Shown: positions 1 to 10,672, counted from the stretch's first letter. The stretch: 64,000 bases of DNA from a virus (IMGVR_UViG_3300025934_000014:32001-96000), one strand, 5' to 3'. The notes: generated by a model from the sequence alone, not told the origin. Made by a program: numbers and translations.

Positions 1-95
1 GATGGTGGAGGCGACGGTGGCGGTGCATACGGCGCTGGACACGACTGCGCCGGTGCTGGTGCGGCTGGTCTTCTCGGTGGACACGGAGCGATGAC

Positions 96-422
96 ATGGC
101 AGGGCAGCTACGCAGGAACGACATTGGCTCCATCATCCGCGTGCGCGTGCGCGAGGAAGGCTTGCCGTTCAACGCGGCAGCGGCGACGACGAAAACGCTC
201 AAGCTGCAAAAGCCGAGTGGCAGCGTGGTCGCCCGGCCAGCGGAGTTTGAAACCAACGGCACCGACGGCGTGTTCACCTACACCACCGTGAAGGATGACC
301 TCAACGAGTCGGGTCCGTGGTCGGGGCAAATCTTCATGGAGTTCCCGACCGGCCAGTGGCACACCGATGCGTTCAACTTCCATGTGGGCGAGAACCTTGA
401 GCTAGTGGTCACGGTACCGTGA
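96..422 (+). CDS. BppU-like Ig-fold virion protein (108 aa)
   Basis: Pattern D-x-G...QKPSG...GTDGVFTYTT..DDLNESGPWSGQ resembles BppU N-terminal domains; stop overlaps next GTG (GTGA 419-422). Confidence 0.55.
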   Translation: MAGQLRRNDIGSIIRVRVREEGLPFNAAAATTKTLKLQKPSGSVVARPAEFETNGTDGVFTYTTVKDDLNESGPWSGQIFMEFPTGQWHTDAFNFHVGENLELVVTVP

Positions 423-3400
423 GCGCCGCGCCTGCGCCCCAGCGGGACGCCGTGCCCGGCTTGCAGGCACTGGATCGTCTGCCCACGACCTCGACGGCCT
501 CGATTCCGCTGGCGGTGCGAGCCGCCGACGTGTTCAAGGCAGCGGTGACGCCGCTGAAGGTACCGCTCAACCGCAAGACCACCCAGAACGTGGTACAGCC
601 CGTGCGGCTCGACACGCTGGAGCCGACACGAGAACTGCTGCCCGTGGCCGGGTTGTCGGCGTACGTCGTGAAGCCTCGGCGCGATCCGCCGGACGTGGCG
701 CACGTGGTGATGCGGAGCGGACGCGACCGCTGGGTCATTCAGGAGGGGCACACACGACTGGGCGCGGCCGTCCTGCGCGGCGATGAGACGCTCCCGGCGC
801 GGGTGTGGGAGTTCGAGCAGGCGGACACCGGCGACCTCGTGCCGGTGCTCCGAGGGCTGCACCGGCGCGGCGTCCAGTTGACGCTGCGGGACGCGAAGCC
901 CGGTCTGCATCCCGACTGGCAACTGGGCGAGACGGGGCTGACGCGGCAGATCACGTTCCCGAACCTCCGGGCGTGCGCGACGTTCATCTCGTCGCTGATG
1001 GACGCGGCGAACGACGCGAATCACCACCCCGACGTGCAGAACGACAACTGCGACGTGACGGTCACGTTCATCACCCACGCGACCGGGACCGTGACGGCGA
1101 AGGACTACGCCGGGGCTGAGGAGGCCGACCGGCTCGCAGGCGAAGCCCTGACGGTGCTCTCGGGCGATGACCTCGCGGTGCTGCTGCTCGACTGGCATGA
1201 GGAGTTGCCGAACGGGCGGGACAATGGTAGTATAGACCTCGGCGGTCCCGGCAGCGGAAACTTCGGGCATGCCGGACGGCCCGGCGAAGTGGGTGGGTCG
1301 GCGGATGGTGGCGGCGGCGGCGGAGACACAGTCAGCACGGTTCCTCTGCGCGAGCCGACGCCGCACGAATTCATCGAGGCGCGGAACAAGTCCTCGCGGA
1401 TGGCGTTCCTGTCACCCTTGACCCCGGACGATCTGAAGGGCCAGAAGCTGTACCTGTCGAAGGACGGGACGGTCGGCGGGGCCATGACGCCGGGCGGGGA
1501 CATGGGGAACCTGTTCAACAACGACGGGCCGTCCGGCGCGGCACGCGAAGTGTTGCTCCAGATGATCGCGGATGGGGGCACGACGGCCGACGCGTACGAC
1601 GGGTATCTGCCGTTGCTGTACACCCAGTTCGGGTTGCACGAAACCGGACGCATGGCGTTCAACCCGGAGTACGCGCCGAAGGATTGGAACTACGAGAAGG
1701 ACGATCATCCGGACGTGATCTTCCTCGCACTGGATCAGCACGCCCAGTCGGTCGATGAGATCCGGGAGCGACTGGCGGACGAGTTCCTGTGGCAGACGCC
1801 GAATGAACCGGGAGATAACTACTATGACGACTACGACCAAGGGAAACGAGACGCCACCGCCATCGCCAGCAAGCACGCCATCATCCGACGAAAAGACGCT
1901 GCCGCCAAGCGCACAGAGTCCGGAGGAAAGACGTTTCTTAGCGAAGCTGGAGCGGCTCAAGGGAGCCGACTGGGTCGCGAAGCATGGCGGGTTGGCGCTG
2001 CGGGAGGCGCGAGCACTGGGCGAGATTTAACCTACCGGGACAGGCTCGCACTGCTACTGGGCGACCTTCCCGGTCACGAGTTCCACGGCAACCAGTGGAC
2101 GGATGCGTACCCGGCCGCGTCACGCGACTACCGCATCGAGCCGGTCAAGGGCGACAAGCGTGCCTGCTGCGATCCCGGCGGCGTCAAGACGAAGCTGACC
2201 AAGCCGGAGCAGGGCGCGATTGGCGAGGCCATCGTCGCGGAGTACCTCACCCAGCAGGAGAAGGACCGCGTCTACGCGTCCAACGTCGGGCAACCCAACT
2301 TCCCCATCGACCTCGTCTCGATCAACGACGACGGCAGCGGCGAGGTCATCGAGGTCAAGGCTGGGAGCGCCGGAAACACCACTGGCGCACAGCAGTGGCG
2401 GCTGACCATCGGAGAGCCGGGCAAGGCCGAGAAGGCCATGCTGGCGGATATGTCCGAGGCGGACAAGGCTCGCTGGAACGACAGCAAGGAAGAACAGATT
2501 CTCGTCCGCAAGGAACGGGCGACGAAGCAAATCTCCAAGAACATCGGTCGCCCGGTCAAGGGGCGCACGCTGACGGTGATTCTCAACCCCGACACGCATC
2601 GCGCCGACGTGTACGAGTTCGACGGCTTCCACCAGCGCATCGGCTGGAACAGCGAGGAAGCGAAGGCTGGCTACCGGGGCACGTTCACGTACCGCCAGAA
2701 GCCAGCGGCGCAGCGGAAGGCGGAAGCGACCATCGCCGCACGCCAGTGGTTCGTGCTGTCAGCCGACAAGCCGGACACGTGGACATTCGTGCCGCCGCCC
2801 GGCCTTAACGTACCGCCCGAGGTCGTCGCGGAAGTGCAGCGCGACATCGAGCGCGAGGCGCGACGGTACGAAGCCTCGCTCACCCAGATGTTCCTGAAGA
2901 AATCGGAGACGCATCTCGGGGATGTGCCGGGCCACGAGTTTCACGGGAACCAGTACAGCGAGGGCACGACGGCGCACGCGCCGGGCAAGTCGGTCCAGTT
3001 GCCCGGTCGGTACGACAAGACGAAGGTCGAGAAGCACTCGATCATTGTCACGTCGAAGCACGGCTACATCGCCGCGACGAAGTCGTCCTCGGATCCGGAC
3101 TACTACTGGGTGAACCACATCCGGGTGGACAGCAAGGCCCGAGGCAAGGGTGAGGGCACGGCGCTGTACATCGCGGCGCTCAAGGAAGCGCAGAAGCGCG
3201 GCGGCAAGGGCATCCTGAACGGCGTCCTGCCGGGCCGTGACATCTCCGACGACGCCAAGCGCGTCTGGGCGTCCCTCACGCGCAAGGGACTGACGGAGCC
3301 GATTACGGCGCACGTTCAGAGCGAGGGCAAGGACATCGCGTTCGAGTCTGTCGTGCTCGTGCGATCTGAGCCGAAGGCCACGCACGCATCGACCGCGTGG

Positions 3401-6400
3401 CATCTCGGGGACGTGCCCGGTCATGACTTCCACGGGAATCAGTGGACGCATGAAGGTGGACGCGGCACGCCGCACGGGGCCAAGAAATCGACCAGCGCGG
3501 ATGGCTCCACGGTCGAGAGTTGGTACGACCGGAAATCCCGGTCGTGGATCACGCAGAAGAAGTCGGGCGGCACCGAGGTGGACTCGGAATACAACGGCAC
3601 CAAGGAGGGCATGAACGTCAGTCACGCCACGATGGTGGCGTCGGCGGAGCCTGCGTCGGCGGAGACAGTCACGGACATCCCCGCCGGTGAGAAAGGCGAA
3701 TGCTTCCGCAACGCGGCGCGGTTCGTCCGTCAGCGCGATGGCTACGTGCTTGTCCACGGCAAGGTGACGAACGGCGAGGGGCAGACGTTCGATCACGCGT
3801 GGGCCGAGTCGGCTACGACGGTCGCGGACCCGACCACCGGCGTGGAGATGAACAAGGGCCGGTGGTATGGACTGGTGAAAGCCAAGCCCGAGGCGAAGTA
3901 CACCGCCGAGCACTCGGCCATCAACATGCTGCGAACCCGCAACCACGGGCCGTGGACGGACACGGAGGTCGGTTCGCGCAAGCTGGCGCTCTCCGCGCTG
4001 TATCTCGACTGGGATGAAGGCTCGCATCCGCGTGACGAGAGCGGTCGCTTCGCGGCCGGGTCGGTGTCCGAGTCGATGGCCGCGTTCAAGGCGAAGTATC
4101 CCGAGGTCGCGTCTCGCTACGCACAGCACAGTGGGACAGAGCGCGGCAGCATCGAGGCGCACACGCGCGAGGTGGGCGACACATGGGCGCAGCAACTGAC
4201 GCCCGAGGAGATGTCTGGCATTTCCGCACGGTTCGGGTCCGACGTGGGCAAGCTGATGGCGGCAGCGATTCCGCTGCACGACATCGGGAAGGCCGACGCG
4301 ATTCGCGAGGGCGGGTCACAGCACGAGCACACGATTCCGATTCTGCAACGCGTGCTCCGGCGCGAAGGCTTCGGCGCTCGTGATGTGGCGCTCGCGACCG
4401 AACTGCTGAACCACGACATGATCGGGCCGCTGCTGCGTGCGCATGAGGGCATGCGAGCGACGTACACACCAGAGCAAGTCGCCGCCAAACTGGAAGCGAA
4501 GGCCGAAGCGGTCGGCATGAGTGCGTCCGACTTCGCGACTCTCCAGATGGCGTTCTTCCAAGCGGACGCCTCGTCGTATCCCTTCGTCGCCCGGCAGATG
4601 ACCCGCGAGAAGTCCGGGCGGCACACGTTCGCCGGGTCGAAGGTGCTCGCGCCGATTCACGCGCTGGTGTCGCGGACGATTCGTCTGTCCATCGATCTGG
4701 GCGATCTGCCCGGCCATGAATTCCACGGCAACCAATGGACCGACGGGTCCGGCGTCAGCGGTCGCGAGTTCGCTGGCAACGAGGGCTACGAGTGGCACGA
4801 GCGCCCAGAGATGGAGACGTATGCCCGGAGCTTGCCGCCGCAGGACGTGGAGGCGGTTGGTAATTACGCGGGGTTCTCCTACGCCGATGTGAATCAACTC
4901 CTGCGCGGCACGTTCCAGCCCGACATCGTCAACGAGTTCGTGCGTCCCGCCACGCCCGAGGAGATCGAAGCGTACAAGCCGTCGATGATGTTCCGAAGTG
5001 GTGGCGCGAAGGACTACGAGCCGGACGATCCGACGAACAAGGTGGCTGACGGGCGCATTATTCGTAATGCGTTCACGGTCGATCCTGCCACGGGTGAGAA
5101 AGTCTTTTACAGCATCCAGCGTGCGGTCCCCGATCAGGCACGCATCCGGAATCTGGAAGACATGACGCGGACGATCAACACGATGATTCGTGAGCGAGGG
5201 TACGTTCTTCCAGAGGCGATCACGGTCAATCGTGCGGCCTACGTGCCCGGCCTGTCCTACGACGATCTGAAGGCGATGGAGGGCGGCGTCATGGAGGAGA
5301 AGGGCTTCACCTCCACGATGCTGGGCAATCCCGGCAATCGGCTGGACAGCTACGTGATGGGTGGCAAGTCCGAGAGCCTCTACAAGAGGTACGCGGACAA
5401 GGAAGGCTCGCACGCGATCTACACACGGCAGGACGAGGTCGGTGCGCCGATGCGCATCAAGATCGTTTTGCCTGCTGGCACCAAGGTCGCTCCGGTCGAA
5501 TCGCTGCGGCGGATCGATTACGAGTACCCGAAGATCCAAGACCCGGCGGTGTTCGACCATCCGGAGTGGTTAACGAAGGATGACGGCACGCCGAATGGCC
5601 TGACGGCCAGCGACTACACGAAGACGGACTACACCGCGAAGCCGACCATCAAGACGAATCGGCTGCATGAGACGAACCAACGCAGCGAGGCCGAGATTCT
5701 ACTGGGCAGCGGAGCGCAGTTCCGCGTCGTCAATGTGCAGCGCGGCCCCCGACGCATCACGTCCTCCGATCCGCAGATGAAGGCGCTGGACGTGATCGAC
5801 GTGACGCTGGAATACATCGGCGGCGGCAGCAGCGAGGGGACGCAGAAGAAAGACCTGAGTAGCAAAGTGGAACGCTGTTCCACTTTGCCCTCGCTCGATC
5901 TCGGTGGCCCCGGCAGCGGCAACTTTGGACACGCCGGTCGCCCCGGCGAGATCGGTGGATCGGCCAGCGAGGAATCGAATGCGTCGGCATTCATTCAGCG
6001 CGACACCTTACCGGCCGATGCCGAGGCGCTGGCGACGATTGAAGGCGCTGGTCCGGAGCGGCGGAAGTGGGTCGAGCGGCTGGTGGCCTCACGGAAGGCC
6101 GATGCCGCACTGTACGACGCAGAGGAGGCGCACAAGGCGTCGATCAAACTGGTCGAGCAGCGGTACGGAACGTGGGAGAGCTTGCTGACTCCGTCCGCCA
6201 GCGATGAAGAACTCGGACGACGCGCGGAGGCGCTGGAGGCCAGACGGCGAGCCGACCCGGACTTCCGGGCCACGCTCGACGTGATGGTGGCCGCGTACGA
6301 CGCGAAGGTGGCGGCGGAGAAGGCGTGGAAGGAGCAAGAGTCTCCGATGCGCGTGGAAGTGATCACGAACCTCTCGCACGCCGTGGCAAAGGACATGGGC

Positions 6401-7165
6401 GTCGATCCGTCGATCATTCACGTCGTGGACAAGGAGCCTCGGGCGTTCACGGTGGGCACGAAGGAATTCCGCGAGGGTGGGCACTACGACACGATCACCA
6501 ATCAGATCGAAATCAATGCCCGGAACCTCCCATACGGGGACGTGCCATCAGTTCAAGGCATCGCGGCGCACGAAGCCTCCCATGCGATCTATAACCGGTT
6601 CAAGGACGAACTGAAAGCCGAGGACGAGCGATACAAGGTGCTGTCCGGGCATTACAACGACGAGAAGGGCACGGACTGGTTCTATGAGCGGTTCGACCAG
6701 CCGCACCGGTTCGGGGAGACGACGGTGAAGCCGGGGATGCGCGAACAACTGGCGCGAGAGTTCCCGGCGTCGGCCGTGTGGGCCAACCTTCACGACGGGA
6801 AGATGTTCACGGGCCTCTCGGACAAGATCATCAAGGAGAACGGGCACAGCGCCTACGCGAAGTCGTACTGGACGCCTGACGCCGTGCGCGTGCGGGGGCA
6901 CGGGACGTACGACACGGCGATCAACGAAACCGTGGCCGAGGTCACGCGCTGGCTCGTCGCACCCAAGTCGTGGAATGAAGAACCGGCCAAAGCGTCGGTG
7001 GCCGATGGCAAGATTCGTCTGCAATCGACGGGACTCGGTCCCAAGTCTGCGTGGGTCGCGCTCACCAAGGGCATGCACGCGTGGTACAAAGACCTCCGAA
7101 CCAAAGAGACGGCGGAGTCGGACGCGTACTGGGCGAAGCGCAGGAAAGAGCAGGCGCAGTCATGA
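419..7165 (+). CDS. Polyvalent effector polyprotein 1 (2248 aa): ParB/Srx, pterin-4a-carbinolamine dehydratase, GNAT, PD-(D/E)xK nuclease, GNAT, papain-like, HD, VIP2-like ART, zincin
   Basis: EGHTR (~590-815); NHHPD..THATG..TAKD (~905-1140); DAYDGYLPLLYTQFG..YAP.DW (~1350-1735); GEAIVAEYL..PIDLV..IEVK (~2200-2700); RVDSKARGKGEGTALY (~3040-3290); GECF..HG..HAW..DPT (~3695-3960); LHDIGK..H..HD..AD (~4150-4590); Y..VNQLLRG..NR..GFTST..EAEILL (~4850-5820); HEASH..SAYA..NETVAE (~6350-6960). Modules are separated by repeated tags. Confidence 0.85.
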   Translation: MSAAPAPQRDAVPGLQALDRLPTTSTASIPLAVRAADVFKAAVTPLKVPLNRKTTQNVVQPVRLDTLEPTRELLPVAGLSAYVVKPRRDPPDVAHVVMRSGRDRWVIQEGHTRLGAAVLRGDETLPARVWEFEQADTGDLVPVLRGLHRRGVQLTLRDAKPGLHPDWQLGETGLTRQITFPNLRACATFISSLMDAANDANHHPDVQNDNCDVTVTFITHATGTVTAKDYAGAEEADRLAGEALTVLSGDDLAVLLLDWHEELPNGRDNGSIDLGGPGSGNFGHAGRPGEVGGSADGGGGGGDTVSTVPLREPTPHEFIEARNKSSRMAFLSPLTPDDLKGQKLYLSKDGTVGGAMTPGGDMGNLFNNDGPSGAAREVLLQMIADGGTTADAYDGYLPLLYTQFGLHETGRMAFNPEYAPKDWNYEKDDHPDVIFLALDQHAQSVDEIRERLADEFLWQTPNEPGDNYYDDYDQGKRDATAIASKHAIIRRKDAAAKRTESGGKTFLSEAGAAQGSRLGREAWRVGAAGGASTGRDLTYRDRLALLLGDLPGHEFHGNQWTDAYPAASRDYRIEPVKGDKRACCDPGGVKTKLTKPEQGAIGEAIVAEYLTQQEKDRVYASNVGQPNFPIDLVSINDDGSGEVIEVKAGSAGNTTGAQQWRLTIGEPGKAEKAMLADMSEADKARWNDSKEEQILVRKERATKQISKNIGRPVKGRTLTVILNPDTHRADVYEFDGFHQRIGWNSEEAKAGYRGTFTYRQKPAAQRKAEATIAARQWFVLSADKPDTWTFVPPPGLNVPPEVVAEVQRDIEREARRYEASLTQMFLKKSETHLGDVPGHEFHGNQYSEGTTAHAPGKSVQLPGRYDKTKVEKHSIIVTSKHGYIAATKSSSDPDYYWVNHIRVDSKARGKGEGTALYIAALKEAQKRGGKGILNGVLPGRDISDDAKRVWASLTRKGLTEPITAHVQSEGKDIAFESVVLVRSEPKATHASTAWHLGDVPGHDFHGNQWTHEGGRGTPHGAKKSTSADGSTVESWYDRKSRSWITQKKSGGTEVDSEYNGTKEGMNVSHATMVASAEPASAETVTDIPAGEKGECFRNAARFVRQRDGYVLVHGKVTNGEGQTFDHAWAESATTVADPTTGVEMNKGRWYGLVKAKPEAKYTAEHSAINMLRTRNHGPWTDTEVGSRKLALSALYLDWDEGSHPRDESGRFAAGSVSESMAAFKAKYPEVASRYAQHSGTERGSIEAHTREVGDTWAQQLTPEEMSGISARFGSDVGKLMAAAIPLHDIGKADAIREGGSQHEHTIPILQRVLRREGFGARDVALATELLNHDMIGPLLRAHEGMRATYTPEQVAAKLEAKAEAVGMSASDFATLQMAFFQADASSYPFVARQMTREKSGRHTFAGSKVLAPIHALVSRTIRLSIDLGDLPGHEFHGNQWTDGSGVSGREFAGNEGYEWHERPEMETYARSLPPQDVEAVGNYAGFSYADVNQLLRGTFQPDIVNEFVRPATPEEIEAYKPSMMFRSGGAKDYEPDDPTNKVADGRIIRNAFTVDPATGEKVFYSIQRAVPDQARIRNLEDMTRTINTMIRERGYVLPEAITVNRAAYVPGLSYDDLKAMEGGVMEEKGFTSTMLGNPGNRLDSYVMGGKSESLYKRYADKEGSHAIYTRQDEVGAPMRIKIVLPAGTKVAPVESLRRIDYEYPKIQDPAVFDHPEWLTKDDGTPNGLTASDYTKTDYTAKPTIKTNRLHETNQRSEAEILLGSGAQFRVVNVQRGPRRITSSDPQMKALDVIDVTLEYIGGGSSEGTQKKDLSSKVERCSTLPSLDLGGPGSGNFGHAGRPGEIGGSASEESNASAFIQRDTLPADAEALATIEGAGPERRKWVERLVASRKADAALYDAEEAHKASIKLVEQRYGTWESLLTPSASDEELGRRAEALEARRRADPDFRATLDVMVAAYDAKVAAEKAWKEQESPMRVEVITNLSHAVAKDMGVDPSIIHVVDKEPRAFTVGTKEFREGGHYDTITNQIEINARNLPYGDVPSVQGIAAHEASHAIYNRFKDELKAEDERYKVLSGHYNDEKGTDWFYERFDQPHRFGETTVKPGMREQLAREFPASAVWANLHDGKMFTGLSDKIIKENGHSAYAKSYWTPDAVRVRGHGTYDTAINETVAEVTRWLVAPKSWNEEPAKASVADGKIRLQSTGLGPKSAWVALTKGMHAWYKDLRTKETAESDAYWAKRRKEQAQS
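1205..1233 (+). promoter_or_regulatory. sigma70-like promoter inside polyprotein 1
   Basis: TTGCCG-17 nt-TAGTAT with TG at the extended -10 position; locally AT-rich in GC-rich coding DNA. Confidence 0.45.
1824..2030 (+). CDS. Nested out-of-frame small protein (68 aa), candidate partner/inhibitor of the adjacent GNAT
   Basis: GGAG 1811-1814, ATG 1824, TAA 2028-2030; protein-like C-terminus ERRFLAKLERLKGADWVAKHGGLALREARALGEI lies over a low-complexity linker of the host frame. Confidence 0.55.
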   Translation: MTTTTKGNETPPPSPASTPSSDEKTLPPSAQSPEERRFLAKLERLKGADWVAKHGGLALREARALGEI

Positions 7166-8388
7166 CGCCCGAGTCCATCACCATCGACGGCCGCTCCGGC
7201 AGCGTCGTCTATCTCGATGCGAACTGGCACCCGGTGCCAGCGGCGCAGGCGACGATGGCGAAGGTTGTGTTCGATGACGGCGGCACTTCGTTCTTCACCG
7301 TAGCCGAGCCACCCGCGCCGGAGCCTGCGCCACCACCCGACCCGCATCACCTGACCTATCGCGAGAAGCTGGCGTACCTGCTGGGCGGCGCAGGCAGCGG
7401 CAACTTCGGGCACGCGGGGCGACCCGGCGAGGTCGGCGGATCGGCTGAGGGCGACAGCGACCCCATCGAGGCGAAGCACCGCGCGTTCGTCGCACTGGTC
7501 AAGAAGGGCGAGGACACCCAAGCCAGTCTGAACGTCATGCGTGACGGCATGAAGGACGCGTGGGAGGTCTGGCGCAAAGACATTACCGACCGCAAGAAGC
7601 CGCTGAAGCCCGATGGCGCTGCTGCGAAGAAGCTCGACTCGTACAAAAAGGTCAAGGAACTGGAGGCGACCTTCCACGCGGCGTACGACAAGGCGATCAC
7701 GGAGAGCAGCGAGATCAACCGACAAGCACGCGAGATGCTGAAGGTGCCCGTTGGGGACCGGTCGGCGCTGACGTTCGCGACTGCGCCGGAGGTGCAGGGG
7801 GTGCTGGCGGTTGGAGCGAACCGGGCGCTCGCCGTGTTTCGCCAGTTCGACGGGTCGGGCGCATTCACGGCGCACAAGTATCCCATCGAGATGCTGGAGA
7901 AGTTCCGTGTGGTCGTGGGCGAGACGACGCCGATCACGGAGAACGGCGACGGCACGTTTTCCATTCCCTCGACCTTGCGTGTGGGCAAGGCGGCAGGGGG
8001 GCGTGCGTCCGCGACGGTCGGCGGCATCATGATCGCGGGTGGTCGCGATCTGGATGCGTCGATCTGGCACGAGGTCGCGCACCACGTCGAGATGAACAAG
8101 CCGTCGGTGTTGAAAGCGGCCATCGAGTTGCGGGACAAGCTGGCGAAGCAGCCTCGTGAGGTCTATTCGCTGAAGACCGTCAGTCCCTCACTTGATGAGC
8201 ACGAGGTCGCGCTGCGTGGCAACTTCCCGGACCCATACTCGGCCAAGCTCTACCCGAACGACATTGCGACGGAGATCATCTCGACCGGCGTGGAGGCGTA
8301 CATCAAAGACCCTGTCGGGTTCGCGCGAGATCGCCCGGAGCATTTCAAACTCATCTTCGACGTGATGCACGGGAAGTACCACTCATGA
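7162..8388 (+). CDS. Polyvalent protein 2: IDGR N-terminal domain, tags D+A, zincin metallopeptidase
   Basis: ATGA overlap at 7162; HEVAHHVE (~8068), PYSAKLY..ATEIISTGVE. Confidence 0.8.
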   Translation: MTPESITIDGRSGSVVYLDANWHPVPAAQATMAKVVFDDGGTSFFTVAEPPAPEPAPPPDPHHLTYREKLAYLLGGAGSGNFGHAGRPGEVGGSAEGDSDPIEAKHRAFVALVKKGEDTQASLNVMRDGMKDAWEVWRKDITDRKKPLKPDGAAAKKLDSYKKVKELEATFHAAYDKAITESSEINRQAREMLKVPVGDRSALTFATAPEVQGVLAVGANRALAVFRQFDGSGAFTAHKYPIEMLEKFRVVVGETTPITENGDGTFSIPSTLRVGKAAGGRASATVGGIMIAGGRDLDASIWHEVAHHVEMNKPSVLKAAIELRDKLAKQPREVYSLKTVSPSLDEHEVALRGNFPDPYSAKLYPNDIATEIISTGVEAYIKDPVGFARDRPEHFKLIFDVMHGKYHS

Positions 8389-8615
8389 TCACCATCAAGC
8401 TCCCCTCCGGCGAACTCGCGAAGGTCGAGGACGGTATCTGGTCGGTGCCGGAGAACAACACGCTCGCGGAGTTACTAAACCGACCGTCGATGCAGCCGCC
8501 GGACAACGGGTACTACGCACCCAGTGAGGACGCACGCGCGGCCGAGCATGTCCTGAAGGTCTGGGGCGGCACGTGGGTGTCGCCCACGCCGCGCTGGCCG
8601 AAGAAGGTGTACTGA
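8385..8615 (+). CDS. Small protein (76 aa), candidate partner of upstream peptidase
   Basis: ATGA overlap upstream and TGATG overlap downstream; carries no tag. Confidence 0.65.
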   Translation: MITIKLPSGELAKVEDGIWSVPENNTLAELLNRPSMQPPDNGYYAPSEDARAAEHVLKVWGGTWVSPTPRWPKKVY

Positions 8616-10672
8616 TGCCTGCCCCGCCGCACGCGGATCGCTTCACGTGGCACGAGTTCACGATTGTCAAGCCGAAGCCGAAGACGCTGTCGTATCGCGA
8701 GAAGCTCGCGCTCCTGCTGGGCGATGTCGAAGGCCACCCGTTCCGGGGGAACCAGTGGACCGACGGCGAAGGCGGCGGCAGTGACCGCACGGAGTCGCCC
8801 CGATTCAAGGCGTGGTTCAAAGAGTCGAAGGTAGTCGATGACTCCGGCGAGCCGCTGGTCGTCTATCACGGCACGACACACGACATCGAGGCGTTCAAGA
8901 AGGCCGGGGACGAGGGACTGAATCCCGAGTCGGACTGGGGCGCTGGCGTGTACTTCACCAGTGAACCCGAGGACGCGGGGGAGAACTATGCAGGCGAAGG
9001 GCCGGACCTGACGGCTCGCATCGAGAACGAAGTGGATCGCCTGCAAGGAGAGAACGAGGATCTGTCCCGCGAGGAGGCGCTGGCGCAGGCACGCAAAGCA
9101 CTGGCTGGCAAGTCCGTCGCGATCTACCCGGCGTACGTGTCGATGCAGAAGCCGTTCATCGTGGGCCAGACCAACGGCACCTCACCGCAGGCGGAGACGT
9201 GGCTGACCTCCGAGCCGGTCTATGACGACCCCGAGGATCCTGACAGCGACATCATTGACGAGCAGGGCACGTTGCCAGACTTCATGAAGGCGCTGCGGGA
9301 CGAGGCCAGTCGCCACGATGGCGGCGACAAGGCCGTCGATGAATTCCAGACACGCGTCATGGACAGCCACGGCAGCGAGATCAAGGCGTCCGATCTCGTC
9401 AAGGCATGGAACGACACCGAGGAAACCAGCTACATCACGGACGACGAGGGCAGGCTGACGGGCAAGGAAGTGTTCCGGGCGGCGCTGGAACGGGCCGGGT
9501 TCGATGGCGTCATCGACCGCGAGGTGGATACGAAGTTCGGGTCGCAGCGGCGTCTCGGCCAGTCGATGAAGGGGATGAACCCGGACACGACGCACTTCGT
9601 GGTCTTCACGCCGACGCAGATCAAGAGCGCCACGGGTAACACGACGTTCGACCCCGCGAACCCGAAGATCACCATGTCGGCGCACGGCCGACGCTTCGTG
9701 TTACTGGGCGGGGCCGGGAGCGGAAACTTCGGACACGCCGGTCGGCCGGGCGAGGTAGGTGGCTCTGGCGAGGGTGAGGAATTCCCCACTCGTGCCTCTG
9801 GAAAGAACGCAGCGCAAGTCCGGGATGCGATGCTGAATCACGCACGCGAGAGTGCTGGGCTGAAGCGGTCGGCCGCTGCATGGCTCGACCCCGAGACGAC
9901 GAGTTCACTGCCGGTGCGTGGCGCGGTGAAGAACGCCATCGTGACGAAGATCACAGCCGCGCTTGCAGACCATCCCGCGTTCGCGAGCATGGAACCTCGG
10001 CCTCCGATGAATCTGGACCCTGTCTCGGAGTGGGTGAAATCCAAAGTCAATTTGTGGGCGGACACATCAGGGGATAGCGATGTCGATGCCGCGAAGATGC
10101 AGTTGGCTGTGGCGCGAGAATTAGGGCTGACCAACGCAGAGACGGACCATCTCCAGCGGAACATCAAAGCCGCGCACGGCGGACCCGTCACATTGAAAGG
10201 GAAAGAAGAAGAACAGCTTCGCGCTTTCGTGCGAGCCGAATACGACGCCACGCAGGCATGGTTCAAGGAGCAGGGCATCACGCACGTCTCGGTGTTCCGT
10301 GGAGTAAGTGACGACGACGACGAACTGGGGTACGGGTTCGAGACAGTGACGATGCAACCGGCGTCCTCGTGGTCAACGGACCTCCAGACCGCGTGGGAGT
10401 TCTCGCAGAACGGATCGAAGCCGAAGGTGCTCACAGCACGGGTGCCGGTCGCGAAGGTCTTGAGCACGTGCGTGACGGGACGCGGCTGCTTGGCCGAGCA
10501 GGAGGTGATTCTGCTGGGCACGCCGACGAAGGTTCGCGTCTACGGAGCCGACGACGAATGGAGCAAGATCGAGAAGAAAGTCGCGAAGGATGTAGGACTA
10601 CCAGCCCCAGTGGACACGACTGGGATTGCACCGGGCATGAGTTGGGACGACGTAAAGAAGTCGTTTGAATGA
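8615..10672 (+). CDS. Polyvalent protein 3: ART-PolyVal-like ART plus R-S-E (DraT-like) ART
   Basis: FKAWF..KVVD..GEPLVVYHGT..GVYFT..GFDGVI..VVF.PTQIKSA (~8790-9680); VFRG..SSWST..AEQEVILLG (~10040-10545). Confidence 0.85.
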   Translation: MPAPPHADRFTWHEFTIVKPKPKTLSYREKLALLLGDVEGHPFRGNQWTDGEGGGSDRTESPRFKAWFKESKVVDDSGEPLVVYHGTTHDIEAFKKAGDEGLNPESDWGAGVYFTSEPEDAGENYAGEGPDLTARIENEVDRLQGENEDLSREEALAQARKALAGKSVAIYPAYVSMQKPFIVGQTNGTSPQAETWLTSEPVYDDPEDPDSDIIDEQGTLPDFMKALRDEASRHDGGDKAVDEFQTRVMDSHGSEIKASDLVKAWNDTEETSYITDDEGRLTGKEVFRAALERAGFDGVIDREVDTKFGSQRRLGQSMKGMNPDTTHFVVFTPTQIKSATGNTTFDPANPKITMSAHGRRFVLLGGAGSGNFGHAGRPGEVGGSGEGEEFPTRASGKNAAQVRDAMLNHARESAGLKRSAAAWLDPETTSSLPVRGAVKNAIVTKITAALADHPAFASMEPRPPMNLDPVSEWVKSKVNLWADTSGDSDVDAAKMQLAVARELGLTNAETDHLQRNIKAAHGGPVTLKGKEEEQLRAFVRAEYDATQAWFKEQGITHVSVFRGVSDDDDELGYGFETVTMQPASSWSTDLQTAWEFSQNGSKPKVLTARVPVAKVLSTCVTGRGCLAEQEVILLGTPTKVRVYGADDEWSKIEKKVAKDVGLPAPVDTTGIAPGMSWDDVKKSFE

